A DNA stretch of 53,899 bases from a virus. Taxonomy: Duplodnaviria > Caudoviricetes. The stretch is from positions 1 to 53,899 of IMG/VR virus record IMGVR_UViG_3300012942_000054. The stretch is one strand, 5' to 3'. The translations under genes and the position numbers were made by a program. Below, in pieces: positions 36,207 to 44,898 of this stretch; the stretch's first letter is position 1, and the number at the start of each line of letters is the position of its first letter. The notes beneath the pieces were generated by a model. The model was not told the origin of the DNA, did no database searches, and saw only the letters and a program-made list of their open reading frames with translations.

Positions 36207-37661
36207 CTATGTGTTTGCGGGCAACGCTGTTTCATTATTGCCCTGATTAGTACCATCGTTTACATACATGCTGTCTAATTGTGCTTGTGCCTGGCCGTTG
36301 CTATAATTCACGGTCAGCGTTTCTTTTATTTCGGAGTACCATACATCGCCGCCCTTCTTAGCATCAAAACCTAACTTCACACGCCATTCATTTTGCGTAA
36401 CTACGTCTTTCAAGAAGGCTATCTGCATTGCCTGATTTACCCGAAGCATAGCTTCCGCTTCTTCTTTGTTAGCGCCTTGTAACGCCGGTAACCTCCAATA
36501 CTCCCGACCCATTTCGAGGTTGTATTTTGCCGTGTCGAATATCTTATTCCATTGGGCGTAAATATTCTTAGCTTCCGGCATAATGGCATCCTGATAAAGA
36601 TTTCGGCTGGCCGTGGCCATGTTGGAAAAGGTTGTACCGCCATTCATTTTGGCGAATAGTTCAGGCGGAAACATATAGGTATCACAAAGCCGGTTTCCGT
36701 CATCTTCTATTTCCTCAAACAGCATCAAATCCTTTGTGGGCAATACCATTGGTTGCCATTTCAGGTTTGCCGAAGTGATAATAACATGGCTCTGTCCCTG
36801 CCGCAATCCGTACAGTTTCTTAAAATCCCGGTGCAATTCGCTCTTTTGGTCGGAAGTCAAAGGGATGGCACTAAAACTGTCCTGTGTTTGGTTGGTCAAC
36901 ATACCTAAAGCGCCACGGGAATTAATCAGCATATTGCGACTCTCATAAGCCCCGATAATGTTATTTATCGGCATCTTTAGGGTCTTAACCCGGCTATCCG
37001 GCAAGAGTACCGTGCTGAACGAAGGCATTATGTCCCGGATAATCGCAACGCTATCTAATGGCAGTGATACTCTTTCATTGCCATAAGTCAGGGTAATTCT
37101 TTCAAACTCCGTATTCCGCCCTTTATAGAAAATGCCATCCTTTTCCTTAATATCCAGCAAATGAGGTGGGATAACCCACATCTTTTCAGCATCATAATTC
37201 GGAAAACCAACCGGCTTAATAAACAACACGACGGCAAACCCGAATAGCTGCGAGTAGATATAAATTTGGTTTTCAAATTCCTCTCTCGTCTGCAAAGGGT
37301 TGGGGTTGTTCATCAACGCCCGTATTTTCTTTGCCACTTCGCTTTGTGATTCCCGGTCTTTGTTTACGCCTTCCGTATTGATGATATATGTTTCGCCATT
37401 AGTAAATGCCTGCGCCTTCCGGTTAATCAAAGCCGAAAGTGGCGGACAAGCGAAATAGGCACGGGCGTATGAGGCCAAGCTATCTTCGCAAAAGTGGTAA
37501 GTACCGGCATTGCCGCCGAAAGGATAAAACCAATCTTCGCCGCCACGATATTTATCATGTTCCAAAGTCAAAGAACTTCCGAAAAGGCTCTTTACAGCTA
37601 AGCCAACATTGGCTTGCTTCATGTGAATTGCTGAAAGCTGTAACCGTTCCTTTATGTCCAT
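36207..37661 (-). CDS. portal protein (HK97 family)
   Basis: NPNPLQT, LFG.A, TFSN motifs; start moved to ATG 37661 because the ORF-track extension lies in the leader hairpin. Confidence 0.9.
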   Translation of the reverse strand: MDIKERLQLSAIHMKQANVGLAVKSLFGSSLTLEHDKYRGGEDWFYPFGGNAGTYHFCEDSLASYARAYFACPPLSALINRKAQAFTNGETYIINTEGVNKDRESQSEVAKKIRALMNNPNPLQTREEFENQIYIYSQLFGFAVVLFIKPVGFPNYDAEKMWVIPPHLLDIKEKDGIFYKGRNTEFERITLTYGNERVSLPLDSVAIIRDIMPSFSTVLLPDSRVKTLKMPINNIIGAYESRNMLINSRGALGMLTNQTQDSFSAIPLTSDQKSELHRDFKKLYGLRQGQSHVIITSANLKWQPMVLPTKDLMLFEEIEDDGNRLCDTYMFPPELFAKMNGGTTFSNMATASRNLYQDAIMPEAKNIYAQWNKIFDTAKYNLEMGREYWRLPALQGANKEEAEAMLRVNQAMQIAFLKDVVTQNEWRVKLGFDAKKGGDVWYSEIKETLTVNYSNGQAQAQLDSMYVNDGTNQGNNETALPANT

Positions 37662-37673
37662 TTCCGAAAAACG

Positions 37674-37732
37674 AAAAAGCGCCAATCCCCTTTCGGGAAT
37701 TGGCGCATCCAACGCTCTATAAATTATATGTT
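37674..37732 (-). promoter_or_regulatory. conserved leader/attenuator element A
   Basis: ACATATAATTTATAGAGCGTTGGAT-GCGCCAATTCCC-GAAA-GGGGATTGGCGC-TTTTT. Confidence 0.75.
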
Positions 37733-37742
37733 TACAATGTTC

Positions 37743-38012
37743 TTATCTATACTTTGCCATCATTCGCTTTTCAGCTATAAAACGGCGTTTGACAAATTCT
37801 TTTTCTTTAAACTTCTTATCTTCAAAGTCTTGCTTTACATTCAGGTTTTTCAATTGCTCATCAAAAGAAACGGACGGCTCACATACTATCTGCTTTGTCT
37901 TGCAGGTGCTTTTTGGGCAGACTATTTCAATATTGGCCTCCATTATTGGTTTGGCACTCTGAAATAAGAAATGCCCGCAATTGTTGCACCAATATTTATG
38001 TTTAAACTCCAT
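37743..38012 (-). CDS. Mu Com-like zinc-finger regulator
   Basis: YWCNNCGHFLF...IEIVCPKSTC, compare Com pattern RCxxCxKLL...EIKCPRC; basic C-terminus. Confidence 0.65.
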   Translation of the reverse strand: MEFKHKYWCNNCGHFLFQSAKPIMEANIEIVCPKSTCKTKQIVCEPSVSFDEQLKNLNVKQDFEDKKFKEKEFVKRRFIAEKRMMAKYR

Positions 38013-38021
38013 TTCTTTGCA

Positions 38022-38063
38022 CAAAGATAGTGTTTTATTTCCAAATGCAACTCTGTCGCATTT
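38022..38063 (-). promoter_or_regulatory. TAnnTTTG promoter plus palindromic operator
   Basis: TATCTTTG (38022-29) lies 13 nt from AAATGCAAC-TCT-GTCGCATTT (38043-63). Confidence 0.75.
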
Positions 38064-38075
38064 ATTTTTTGTGAA

Positions 38076-39800
38076 TTACCGAACATTAAACTGCCGGCCA
38101 TTGCCCAAAGCCATATATCTGATGCAATCCATGATATGGTCATGCTCTTTGATTGGCTCTAAAGTGTATTTTCCCGTCCACTTATCAATCTTATATTTGT
38201 ATTTGACTGTTTCCTTCCACCCGTTCGTGCTTCCTTCTGTCATTAAAACCTCCATTGACCTAACCGCTTTGATGCCAGACCGGACAGACCCTTGACCTTT
38301 AATCGCACCGACAACCACAATGCCATTATCAAGCATTTTCTTCAACTTCTCCATTTGGGCTGATGACTTATAGCGATAACCCATGGCTGCCACCTTTTCA
38401 TTGATATACTCTTGTTCCAATGGATGCCCATAACGCAAGTCTGATATATCTTTCGGATTGGCGCTATCTGCAATAAGGATATGCCCTTTTTCCTCGTCAT
38501 AACCGTTAAAGAACAAGTGGATTATAATTTCTTCGTTACTTAGTCCTGATTCGTAAACAAGTTCTTTGACATATATTGTCCGTCCTTCAATTGCACCTCT
38601 GATTATTGCCGTTGGATGGTCGCTAAAGCCAAAATCCAAAGAAAAAATCTCGGCATGTTTCGGGAATTGTTTGTCGTGGATTCGTTTAAAGTGGTTGTAA
38701 ACCTGTCCCTGTATTTCTCCTCGCTCTCCTAAACCATAAACCAAATATCCCTGAGGGTCATTAATGCGCATCCATTCCAATTCGTCTAATTGGCGTTCAG
38801 AAAGGTGCGGGTTATTCTTGTAGGTAGTTCGTAGAAATGCCACGTTATCACGGGTTAGGATATTGTCGTAAACCCAACTATCAGGATATGAGGGGTTGTA
38901 GTCAATGATAACCTTTCCTGATGTACGGAATAAAAGCTGCTTAACCGCTTCCCATTCCAATTCCGGGGCTTCATTCAAATATAATAGATGTTGCTTTCGA
39001 CCTCTTAGTTTCTCCTCATCATCGCCAGAGAAAAACCAAAGGTCATTCCCCTCGTGTTTATATTTCTGCTCCGTTTGATTATGGCTGGAAACTTTGTAAA
39101 GTCCGCCCTCTTGTCCAATTTCAATGAAGTCAGGAATAACAGTTCCTTTCAGCGTTGGCATTGATTGACGAACAATAGAGTATTTAACGCCCGAAGCCTG
39201 CACCATATTCATCCAAATAAATTGAAGTGTGGCGTAAGTTTTACCGGAATTATGGACTAAAATCGGCTTGCCGCAATCGAGAAAATAATTATGATTGCTC
39301 GCTATTGAAAGGTCATAGACAACGGGGTGGAATGATTTTGGTGTATATGCGGCAAAATCAATATCTGAAATTTCCAGACCTAACGGGTTTTTGATTTGAC
39401 AATCACTATAAATATAATGTGATATTGGCATCCAAACACCATCCACATAAAACTTGTGGTCGGCGCTGCATACTATTTCCTTTCCGTTCTTTAGTTTTAT
39501 TTTTACTGTCGGCTTGTGATTATTGAATGACAAAACCTCTTTTACTGGCTTCCATTCAAGTTCTTTAGTCTGCTCGTTGAGTGTTCGGACTAAATCTCCC
39601 TGCTGTATTTCTGAAATTGGCTTACTACCGTATTTTGTAACTACAAGTTGATTAGGCGCAAAACACCTTGTTCCTCCTTGTAAAACGAAAATATCATAGT
39701 TCTCAATCTCGTTTAACAGCATCGCAAAGTTGGGGTTCAGAACTTCTCCATTCCGTTTCCAAACCTTTTTCGTGTACTTCTCTGTTAAATCTACTGCCAT
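38076..39800 (-). CDS. terL: terminase large subunit (PBSX-like) with intein
   Basis: LQGGTR|SGKT Walker A split by an intein, LYLNEA Walker B, DYNP, LDFGFSDHP, DHIMDCIRY; start at ATG 39800. Confidence 0.93.
   Translation of the reverse strand: MAVDLTEKYTKKVWKRNGEVLNPNFAMLLNEIENYDIFVLQGGTRCFAPNQLVVTKYGSKPISEIQQGDLVRTLNEQTKELEWKPVKEVLSFNNHKPTVKIKLKNGKEIVCSADHKFYVDGVWMPISHYIYSDCQIKNPLGLEISDIDFAAYTPKSFHPVVYDLSIASNHNYFLDCGKPILVHNSGKTYATLQFIWMNMVQASGVKYSIVRQSMPTLKGTVIPDFIEIGQEGGLYKVSSHNQTEQKYKHEGNDLWFFSGDDEEKLRGRKQHLLYLNEAPELEWEAVKQLLFRTSGKVIIDYNPSYPDSWVYDNILTRDNVAFLRTTYKNNPHLSERQLDELEWMRINDPQGYLVYGLGERGEIQGQVYNHFKRIHDKQFPKHAEIFSLDFGFSDHPTAIIRGAIEGRTIYVKELVYESGLSNEEIIIHLFFNGYDEEKGHILIADSANPKDISDLRYGHPLEQEYINEKVAAMGYRYKSSAQMEKLKKMLDNGIVVVGAIKGQGSVRSGIKAVRSMEVLMTEGSTNGWKETVKYKYKIDKWTGKYTLEPIKEHDHIMDCIRYMALGNGRQFNVR
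39249..39665 (-). mobile_element. mini-intein (139 aa)
   Basis: CFAPNQLV...CSADHKF...VYDLSI...HNYF...ILVHN|S. Confidence 0.92.
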
Positions 39801-39811
39801 ACTCCAAATGC

Positions 39812-39872
39812 AAAAAGCGCCAACCCTACCGAAGTAGAATTGGCGCATTCAACGCTCTTAAAATTATATGTT
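39812..39872 (-). promoter_or_regulatory. conserved leader/attenuator element B
   Basis: ACATATAATTTTAAGAGCGTTGAAT-GCGCCAATTCTAC-TTCG-GTAGGGTTGGCGC-TTTTT. Confidence 0.75.
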
Positions 39873-39945
39873 AGTTACTCGTTATTTTGTTTCCATATCA
39901 ATTAGCTATGAGATTTAATGGATAATCCCTAAAATTTTGGACTTG

Positions 39946-40248
39946 TTATTCTTCTTTAATTGGAATAAATAGTCTTTCTATCTCTTTTGATATTGTTTCC
40001 ATTGACATTTTTACATTTTTAATAATCCAATCTTCACATTCTGATTCCTGTTTGGTAGCATATATGTTTACAGCAAATTTATTAATACCAGCATCACTAT
40101 TTTTATAAAACTTTGACACATGCACAAACCCATAAAATCCAGACAGAGATTTGTCTGATTCTATGTGCCACATCGCATCAATTCCGGTTATTAGCTTCGC
40201 ATGGAATCCTCCATCGCTAAGCTCCTTAAATTCTATATCCCTAACCAT
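39946..40248 (-). CDS. hypothetical protein
   Basis: ORF. Confidence 0.65.
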   Translation of the reverse strand: MVRDIEFKELSDGGFHAKLITGIDAMWHIESDKSLSGFYGFVHVSKFYKNSDAGINKFAVNIYATKQESECEDWIIKNVKMSMETISKEIERLFIPIKEE

Positions 40249-40268
40249 GAATGCAATTTAATAATTAA

Positions 40269-40847
40269 TTATCGGATACCCAATTCAAATACCTTGTACA
40301 AATGCTGATTATCTTCTTTTGCTATTGAATTGCTTGTGTTTTCAATCCGGTAACAATGGTATAAATAAATGCCTTTCGCAAGTCCTATTTTACCATGCCC
40401 CTGAATCCGTATTGCTTTATTGAAAAATGTATCTGCCTTTATCGTTCCTTCCTTAAAACCGCCTACTTTCTGCCATGTGCTTTTACGAAACATCATAAAG
40501 CATCCGGCAACGCCTGTTGTTTCTTCCACAACGCCATAAAATTCATCTTGCAGCTTCCGGGCAATGTCGGTATGATGACGCATATCGTGATTGTTGCTAA
40601 ACTCTCCATTGTAGCATTGATGCAACCCGCCAACCCGATTAACAACCGCCCCAATCAGCCCAAATTCATCCAGCTTTGTTTCGGCAATGTCATGTATCTG
40701 TTTGCCAAAATCCGGCAACAGGAAATTTGTGTCCGCATCGGTAATCACAATAACGGAATCATCGGGCAAGTGTTTAATATGCTCGTTATACCCTTTCCCT
40801 ATATTGACATCAAGCCGGAATGTGTGTATGAAAAACAGGTTTTCCAT
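40269..40847 (-). CDS. GT-A fold (GT2-like) glycosyltransferase
   Basis: NIGKGYN, ITDADT (DxD), AGCFMMFRKSTWQKVGGF, YLYH. Confidence 0.75.
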   Translation of the reverse strand: MENLFFIHTFRLDVNIGKGYNEHIKHLPDDSVIVITDADTNFLLPDFGKQIHDIAETKLDEFGLIGAVVNRVGGLHQCYNGEFSNNHDMRHHTDIARKLQDEFYGVVEETTGVAGCFMMFRKSTWQKVGGFKEGTIKADTFFNKAIRIQGHGKIGLAKGIYLYHCYRIENTSNSIAKEDNQHLYKVFELGIR

Positions 40848-41487
40848 CAATTACTTTGTGTTTATGAATGGTTACGAATTGATAAACCAATTTGCTCGGA
40901 ATCGGGAATATCCCCATATCCATTTCCCATTGAACTTTTGTAACGCTCAATTGGTCTCGGTGCGTAAATTCCAGCAATTCTGACCACCATTTACGGCCAA
41001 ATTCGACTACTTCTGGTGTGTATTTACGAATCATTAGGCTTGTGTCAAACATCCCGAAATACTTAGGAATACCCAGCTTCCGGTAAGCCGACATTTGCTG
41101 CTCAATCATCCCGCTTTCAGCCTTTTTAAGCCGGTTGCAGGCGTGGGCTTCATCATATACACATGACCGGATTGGATGTTTCATTATTGAAAACTCGTCC
41201 TTGCTTGCAAGGAAAGTAACATCCATTTCAATGCTCAATTTTCCATCGACATAGATAGTATGACACTTAAAATACTCAATAGCACCGATTATCTTTGCCC
41301 AACGTTGCAAATACAAGTTATTCAGCCCCTCCGGTGGGTTTAATGCAGAAATATGTAGTAATTCCCAACCATTAGGGTCAATATCTAAGTTATCGACAAT
41401 AGCAATGTACCGCCAATCAGGATTTTTAACCTGAATAGGCTTTAAATTGTCATAATTGCCCGTTATTATCGTAAATACTACTGCCAT
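40810..41487 (-). CDS. DUF616/MUCI70-like glycosyltransferase
   Basis: VFTIITGNYD, IYVDG, KHPIRSCVYDEA, RDQLS. Confidence 0.75.
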   Translation of the reverse strand: MAVVFTIITGNYDNLKPIQVKNPDWRYIAIVDNLDIDPNGWELLHISALNPPEGLNNLYLQRWAKIIGAIEYFKCHTIYVDGKLSIEMDVTFLASKDEFSIMKHPIRSCVYDEAHACNRLKKAESGMIEQQMSAYRKLGIPKYFGMFDTSLMIRKYTPEVVEFGRKWWSELLEFTHRDQLSVTKVQWEMDMGIFPIPSKLVYQFVTIHKHKVIDGKPVFHTHIPA

Positions 41488-41505
41488 GCTATCCCACTTC
41501 TATTT

Positions 41506-41832
41506 TTAATCAGAATCTTTATTGACAATATCCACTTTGCCATCCTGAATGTAGGCATCCAAATCGGCCTGTTTAAACATCAGGCGTCCATTTACTTTAT
41601 AGTGAGGCACTATGCTTTTTGAAGCCATATTATATACAGTTTGTACCGCTCTGTTTAGATACTTTGCCGCCTGTTTGATGGTCATATAAGCCGGCTTATC
41701 TTCGGGTTGTGGTTGTGACAATTTTGATAATACACTTTTTAATGTAGCCTCTAAGTAATCAATTTTACCTTTCATTTCAAGGAACATTACAGGCAAATTA
41801 TCATAGCTCGGCAATTCAGATAAACTATTCAT
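41506..41832 (-). CDS. excisionase-like HTH_17 protein
   Basis: MTIKQAAKYLNRAVQTVY...VPHYKVNGRLMF. Confidence 0.8.
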   Translation of the reverse strand: MNSLSELPSYDNLPVMFLEMKGKIDYLEATLKSVLSKLSQPQPEDKPAYMTIKQAAKYLNRAVQTVYNMASKSIVPHYKVNGRLMFKQADLDAYIQDGKVDIVNKDSD

Positions 41833-42119
41833 AAACTCTCAATTTCAGGTTTTACATACTTTGTTTTATATTTTTCGGGGTTGTAACTCCCGTTTTTAAT
41901 TGCTCTTTTCTTTGCCTCCCGAATCACTCTATAAGGATAAAGCCATTCCTCTGATTTTATTACCAATGTGCCAATAGCCACAATTAGCAGAAAAAGCACC
42001 ACAGTTATCCAAAACGGGCTTATAACCCAACCCCATGACATTTGTATTACCCCGAACAATTTAAGGGCAACAAGGACTATCGTAACGATAAATGGCGATA
42101 AGAAAAGCAACTTTTTCAT
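41829..42119 (-). CDS. two-TM membrane protein
   Basis: LKLFGVIQMSWGWVISPFWI. Confidence 0.7.
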   Translation of the reverse strand: MKKLLFLSPFIVTIVLVALKLFGVIQMSWGWVISPFWITVVLFLLIVAIGTLVIKSEEWLYPYRVIREAKKRAIKNGSYNPEKYKTKYVKPEIESL

Positions 42120-42131
42120 GGCTATTTATGT

Positions 42132-42653
42132 TTAAAATAATTCGGCTATCTTGCTAATGAATAATTCGTGTTTCTGCCTCGTATCCAATAATGTGCCTTC
42201 ACTTGTTTTGTACATTTTTGATCGACTGTCATAAGACATATACCTATGTATTTTATTATGAAGCGTTATCGGTAAAATAATAACGTCTTTATAGTGTTCT
42301 TCATTGTAACTCCAGTGATGGCGTTCGCAATTTTCGGGGCAAGGAATATGTTGAGAATGTAATTTCGCATTCCTCTTTTCCGGGTATCTTTCAATATAAT
42401 TACCAATAGACTTTTTCTTTACATTTTTTGGGGTTGGAATCCCTTTATATAACCTATGATACTTTTCTCTACCTCTTATTTTTTCGTTCTTTACAAATTC
42501 AGGGTCATTTTCTCTCAAATACTCAACCCTTGCATTGCTATCTGACTTCGTGCATTCTTTACATTTATTCAAATGCCCGTCCATCATCCGCTTATGTTTA
42601 TAAAAGTCGTCAAGCGGTTTAGATACCCCACACTTAAAGCAAATCTTATCCAT
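42132..42653 (-). CDS. zinc-finger/HNH-like protein
   Basis: CFKC...FYKH...CKEC and HHWSY...H..IH. Confidence 0.6.
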   Translation of the reverse strand: MDKICFKCGVSKPLDDFYKHKRMMDGHLNKCKECTKSDSNARVEYLRENDPEFVKNEKIRGREKYHRLYKGIPTPKNVKKKSIGNYIERYPEKRNAKLHSQHIPCPENCERHHWSYNEEHYKDVIILPITLHNKIHRYMSYDSRSKMYKTSEGTLLDTRQKHELFISKIAELF

Positions 42654-42663
42654 TTAATAATTT

Positions 42664-43083
42664 TTAAAAAGGGAGCGAATCATCATCAGAATCAACCACA
42701 TAAGCGGCGGTTGCTTGCGCCGGGGTTTGGACTGCTGGTTTTGGCGGTGCGGCCTGTTGTCGCTGGGGCTGTTGTGTCTGCTGCTGACCAACCAGTCCAA
42801 TACGCCATGCCTGTAAATTGGTAAAGAACCGAACAACGCCGTCCTTATCGTTTCTGTTCGTCCGTACATTGAATGAAACCTCAACCTCCTGCCCAATCTG
42901 AAAATTATTGAGCGCCGTGCATTGATTATTCACAAATTGAAAAGCGGCAGCATTGCTGAATGTTTGCCCCGAATTGGATACCGTTTCAACCTCAATAGCA
43001 AATTCACGCTTGCTGAACTTTTCGCTGATAAAGACTTGTTCCCCGATATAGGTAATCCGGCCTGTTAATTTTAAATCTGACAT
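42664..43083 (-). CDS. ssDNA-binding protein (DUF3127 family)
   Basis: KFSKREF...GQEVEVSFN...FTNLQAWRI, Gln-rich linker, DDDSLPF tail. Confidence 0.85.
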   Translation of the reverse strand: MSDLKLTGRITYIGEQVFISEKFSKREFAIEVETVSNSGQTFSNAAAFQFVNNQCTALNNFQIGQEVEVSFNVRTNRNDKDGVVRFFTNLQAWRIGLVGQQQTQQPQRQQAAPPKPAVQTPAQATAAYVVDSDDDSLPF

Positions 43084-43092
43084 CGTATAAGA

Positions 43093-43386
43093 TTATTTTT
43101 TAACAATTTGATATTTAGACAATTCGGATTCACATTCCTGAATCTTCCTGTCATAAAAATCCAAAAAGAATCTACGCAAATCCTCTAATTCATCTATGGA
43201 GGCTTCATTTATATAATTAGAGGCACTTACCTCAAACTGCCCTGTGTTTTCCAGGGTTCTTTCTTGTGGCTGTACAAATACAGAATCTTTAATATTATTT
43301 CTATGTCTCTCAAATATTCTTAAAGATGAAATAATACGATTAATCTTACACGATTCTTCGCTTAGTTGTTCAATACATTGTTCCAT
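43093..43386 (-). CDS. hypothetical protein
   Basis: ORF. Confidence 0.6.
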   Translation of the reverse strand: MEQCIEQLSEESCKINRIISSLRIFERHRNNIKDSVFVQPQERTLENTGQFEVSASNYINEASIDELEDLRRFFLDFYDRKIQECESELSKYQIVKK

Positions 43387-43470
43387 GATATAAAAATAAA
43401 TAATTACAATTTTGCCGTTTAGCGGTTTTTGCTGAAAAAATTTAGTCCCCTCTTTTCTGAAAACACATTT

Positions 43471-43845
43471 TTACCCATTTGCAATCGCCTCTTTAAGCAC
43501 AAACTCAATCCTCGGATTAGCCTTGTCGATAAACTTTTGCGCCACAATCTTCACACATTTGTTATCATTCTTAATCGCTTTCACAGATTGCAGCATATCC
43601 AAAAGGCATTTAAGCGAATTATCTAAATCACTCCTGTTTGACGGATAATAAGCATCCACATACAACTCAAACAATCCATCAATATTTCTGTTCCGATACT
43701 CATTGCATTGCAGATAAAAACTCTTTTCATATTCTTTCAGCGCCTTGCCCTTTGCCAATGAGGCATGACCATTGAAAGAAATAATTTTGTAACAATTACT
43801 CTTTGACGGTGGTGTACCTAATATGACCTGTTTTTGGGTTTCCAA
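43471..43845 (-). CDS. rusA: second RusA-family resolvase
   Basis: PSKSN...DLDNSLKCLLDMLQ...IKNDN...PRIEF. Confidence 0.85.
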   Translation of the reverse strand: METQKQVILGTPPSKSNCYKIISFNGHASLAKGKALKEYEKSFYLQCNEYRNRNIDGLFELYVDAYYPSNRSDLDNSLKCLLDMLQSVKAIKNDNKCVKIVAQKFIDKANPRIEFVLKEAIANG

Positions 43846-43846
43846 T

Positions 43847-44680
43847 TCAATGTTTTTTTATTACCGTTAATGACAATATTTTTATTCCAAAAACAGGATG
43901 GACATCTTTATCTTGATTATGCGCTTTAGACCATTGGTGTAATATTTTAAAATTTATATTATTAAGTCTGCAATAGTCTCTAAAATAATTCATGGTCTTT
44001 ATTGTTCCATCTTTAAAAAGAATATTGTAAAAATTCTTTTCTCCGCTTGCCTTTGAAATTGATTTCTTCGCCTGCTCAGACATTGAAAATGTCCTACCCC
44101 TGAGCTTATCTTTTACATATTCTGGAATCCTTTTACCTAAATTCGCCTGTCTTAGTTTTTCTCTTGTCTCAGCAGATGGACTATATCCGAATCGAAAATT
44201 CTTTCCCTTTTTAACTTCACTAAGATGCTTCCTTGCTGCCGCACTCCATTTTACACCAGTACAATCCCCCGCTATCGGAGCTGAATTATATCCATTGTGA
44301 TAGGAATCTAAAAAGTCAATATAATGCTGCTCTGCGGCAATTTTTGATGACTTATACTCAAATTTAATAGATTCTATTATTTCAAAATCAAACGAATCTT
44401 CTCCGTATTTATTCCATGCCCTTTGTAATTTTATGGAATGATGCTTATTCGCCCTTAAGCCTTGTAAGTGGTTACTCCATCTGTCTAATATGTTTGTTGC
44501 ACTTCCAACATAACATTTTTCATTAGCAATATTTCTTATCATGTAGATATGACAAAATTTTCCGCCGCCAATGGTCTTTATCGGCTGTTTAAACCGATTG
44601 CCAATCTTTTGAATACCGTGCAAGTTCTCACTAACACACCACCCGGACGTTGAGGCTTGGTCTATCGCTAAAATTTTCAT
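43847..44680 (-). CDS. GIY-YIG homing endonuclease with NUMOD3-like repeats and a RuvC-like N-terminal stub
   Basis: HIY...CYVGSA...RW..H...EQHYID...GYN; N-terminus MKILAIDQASTSGW. Confidence 0.85.
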   Translation of the reverse strand: MKILAIDQASTSGWCVSENLHGIQKIGNRFKQPIKTIGGGKFCHIYMIRNIANEKCYVGSATNILDRWSNHLQGLRANKHHSIKLQRAWNKYGEDSFDFEIIESIKFEYKSSKIAAEQHYIDFLDSYHNGYNSAPIAGDCTGVKWSAAARKHLSEVKKGKNFRFGYSPSAETREKLRQANLGKRIPEYVKDKLRGRTFSMSEQAKKSISKASGEKNFYNILFKDGTIKTMNYFRDYCRLNNINFKILHQWSKAHNQDKDVHPVFGIKILSLTVIKKH

Positions 44681-44689
44681 TGTCGTAAT

Positions 44690-44833
44690 TTATTTCATTC
44701 CACGGGACACAAATTCAAATATTCTATCAGCCAATAACAACGCATCAGCGTAATTCTCCTTCTCAACCTCGAATGCCAATTGCAAGCACCGAAACTTTAA
44801 ATCAACAACCTCCATGCTGAACATAACCGACAT
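44690..44833 (-). CDS. small hypothetical protein (up to 47 aa)
   Basis: Translated by hand; first ORF after the 44857 promoter. Confidence 0.5.
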   Translation of the reverse strand: MSVMFSMEVVDLKFRCLQLAFEVEKENYADALLLADRIFEFVSRGMK

Positions 44834-44856
44834 AACCGATGAACTTTATTTCGCAT

Positions 44857-44898
44857 CAAAGGTAAGTCATTTTTTCCAAATGCAACACAGTCGCATTT
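44857..44898 (-). promoter_or_regulatory. TAnnTTTG promoter plus palindromic operator
   Basis: TACCTTTG (44857-64) lies 13 nt from AAATGCAAC-ACA-GTCGCATTT (44878-98). Confidence 0.75.

Noticed and set aside
37662-37712. N-terminal extensions of portal (and of TerL at 39801-39848) in the ORF track
   Set aside because: Both ATGs lie inside the conserved leader elements; the downstream ATGs are more plausible, although in-frame upstream starts cannot be fully excluded
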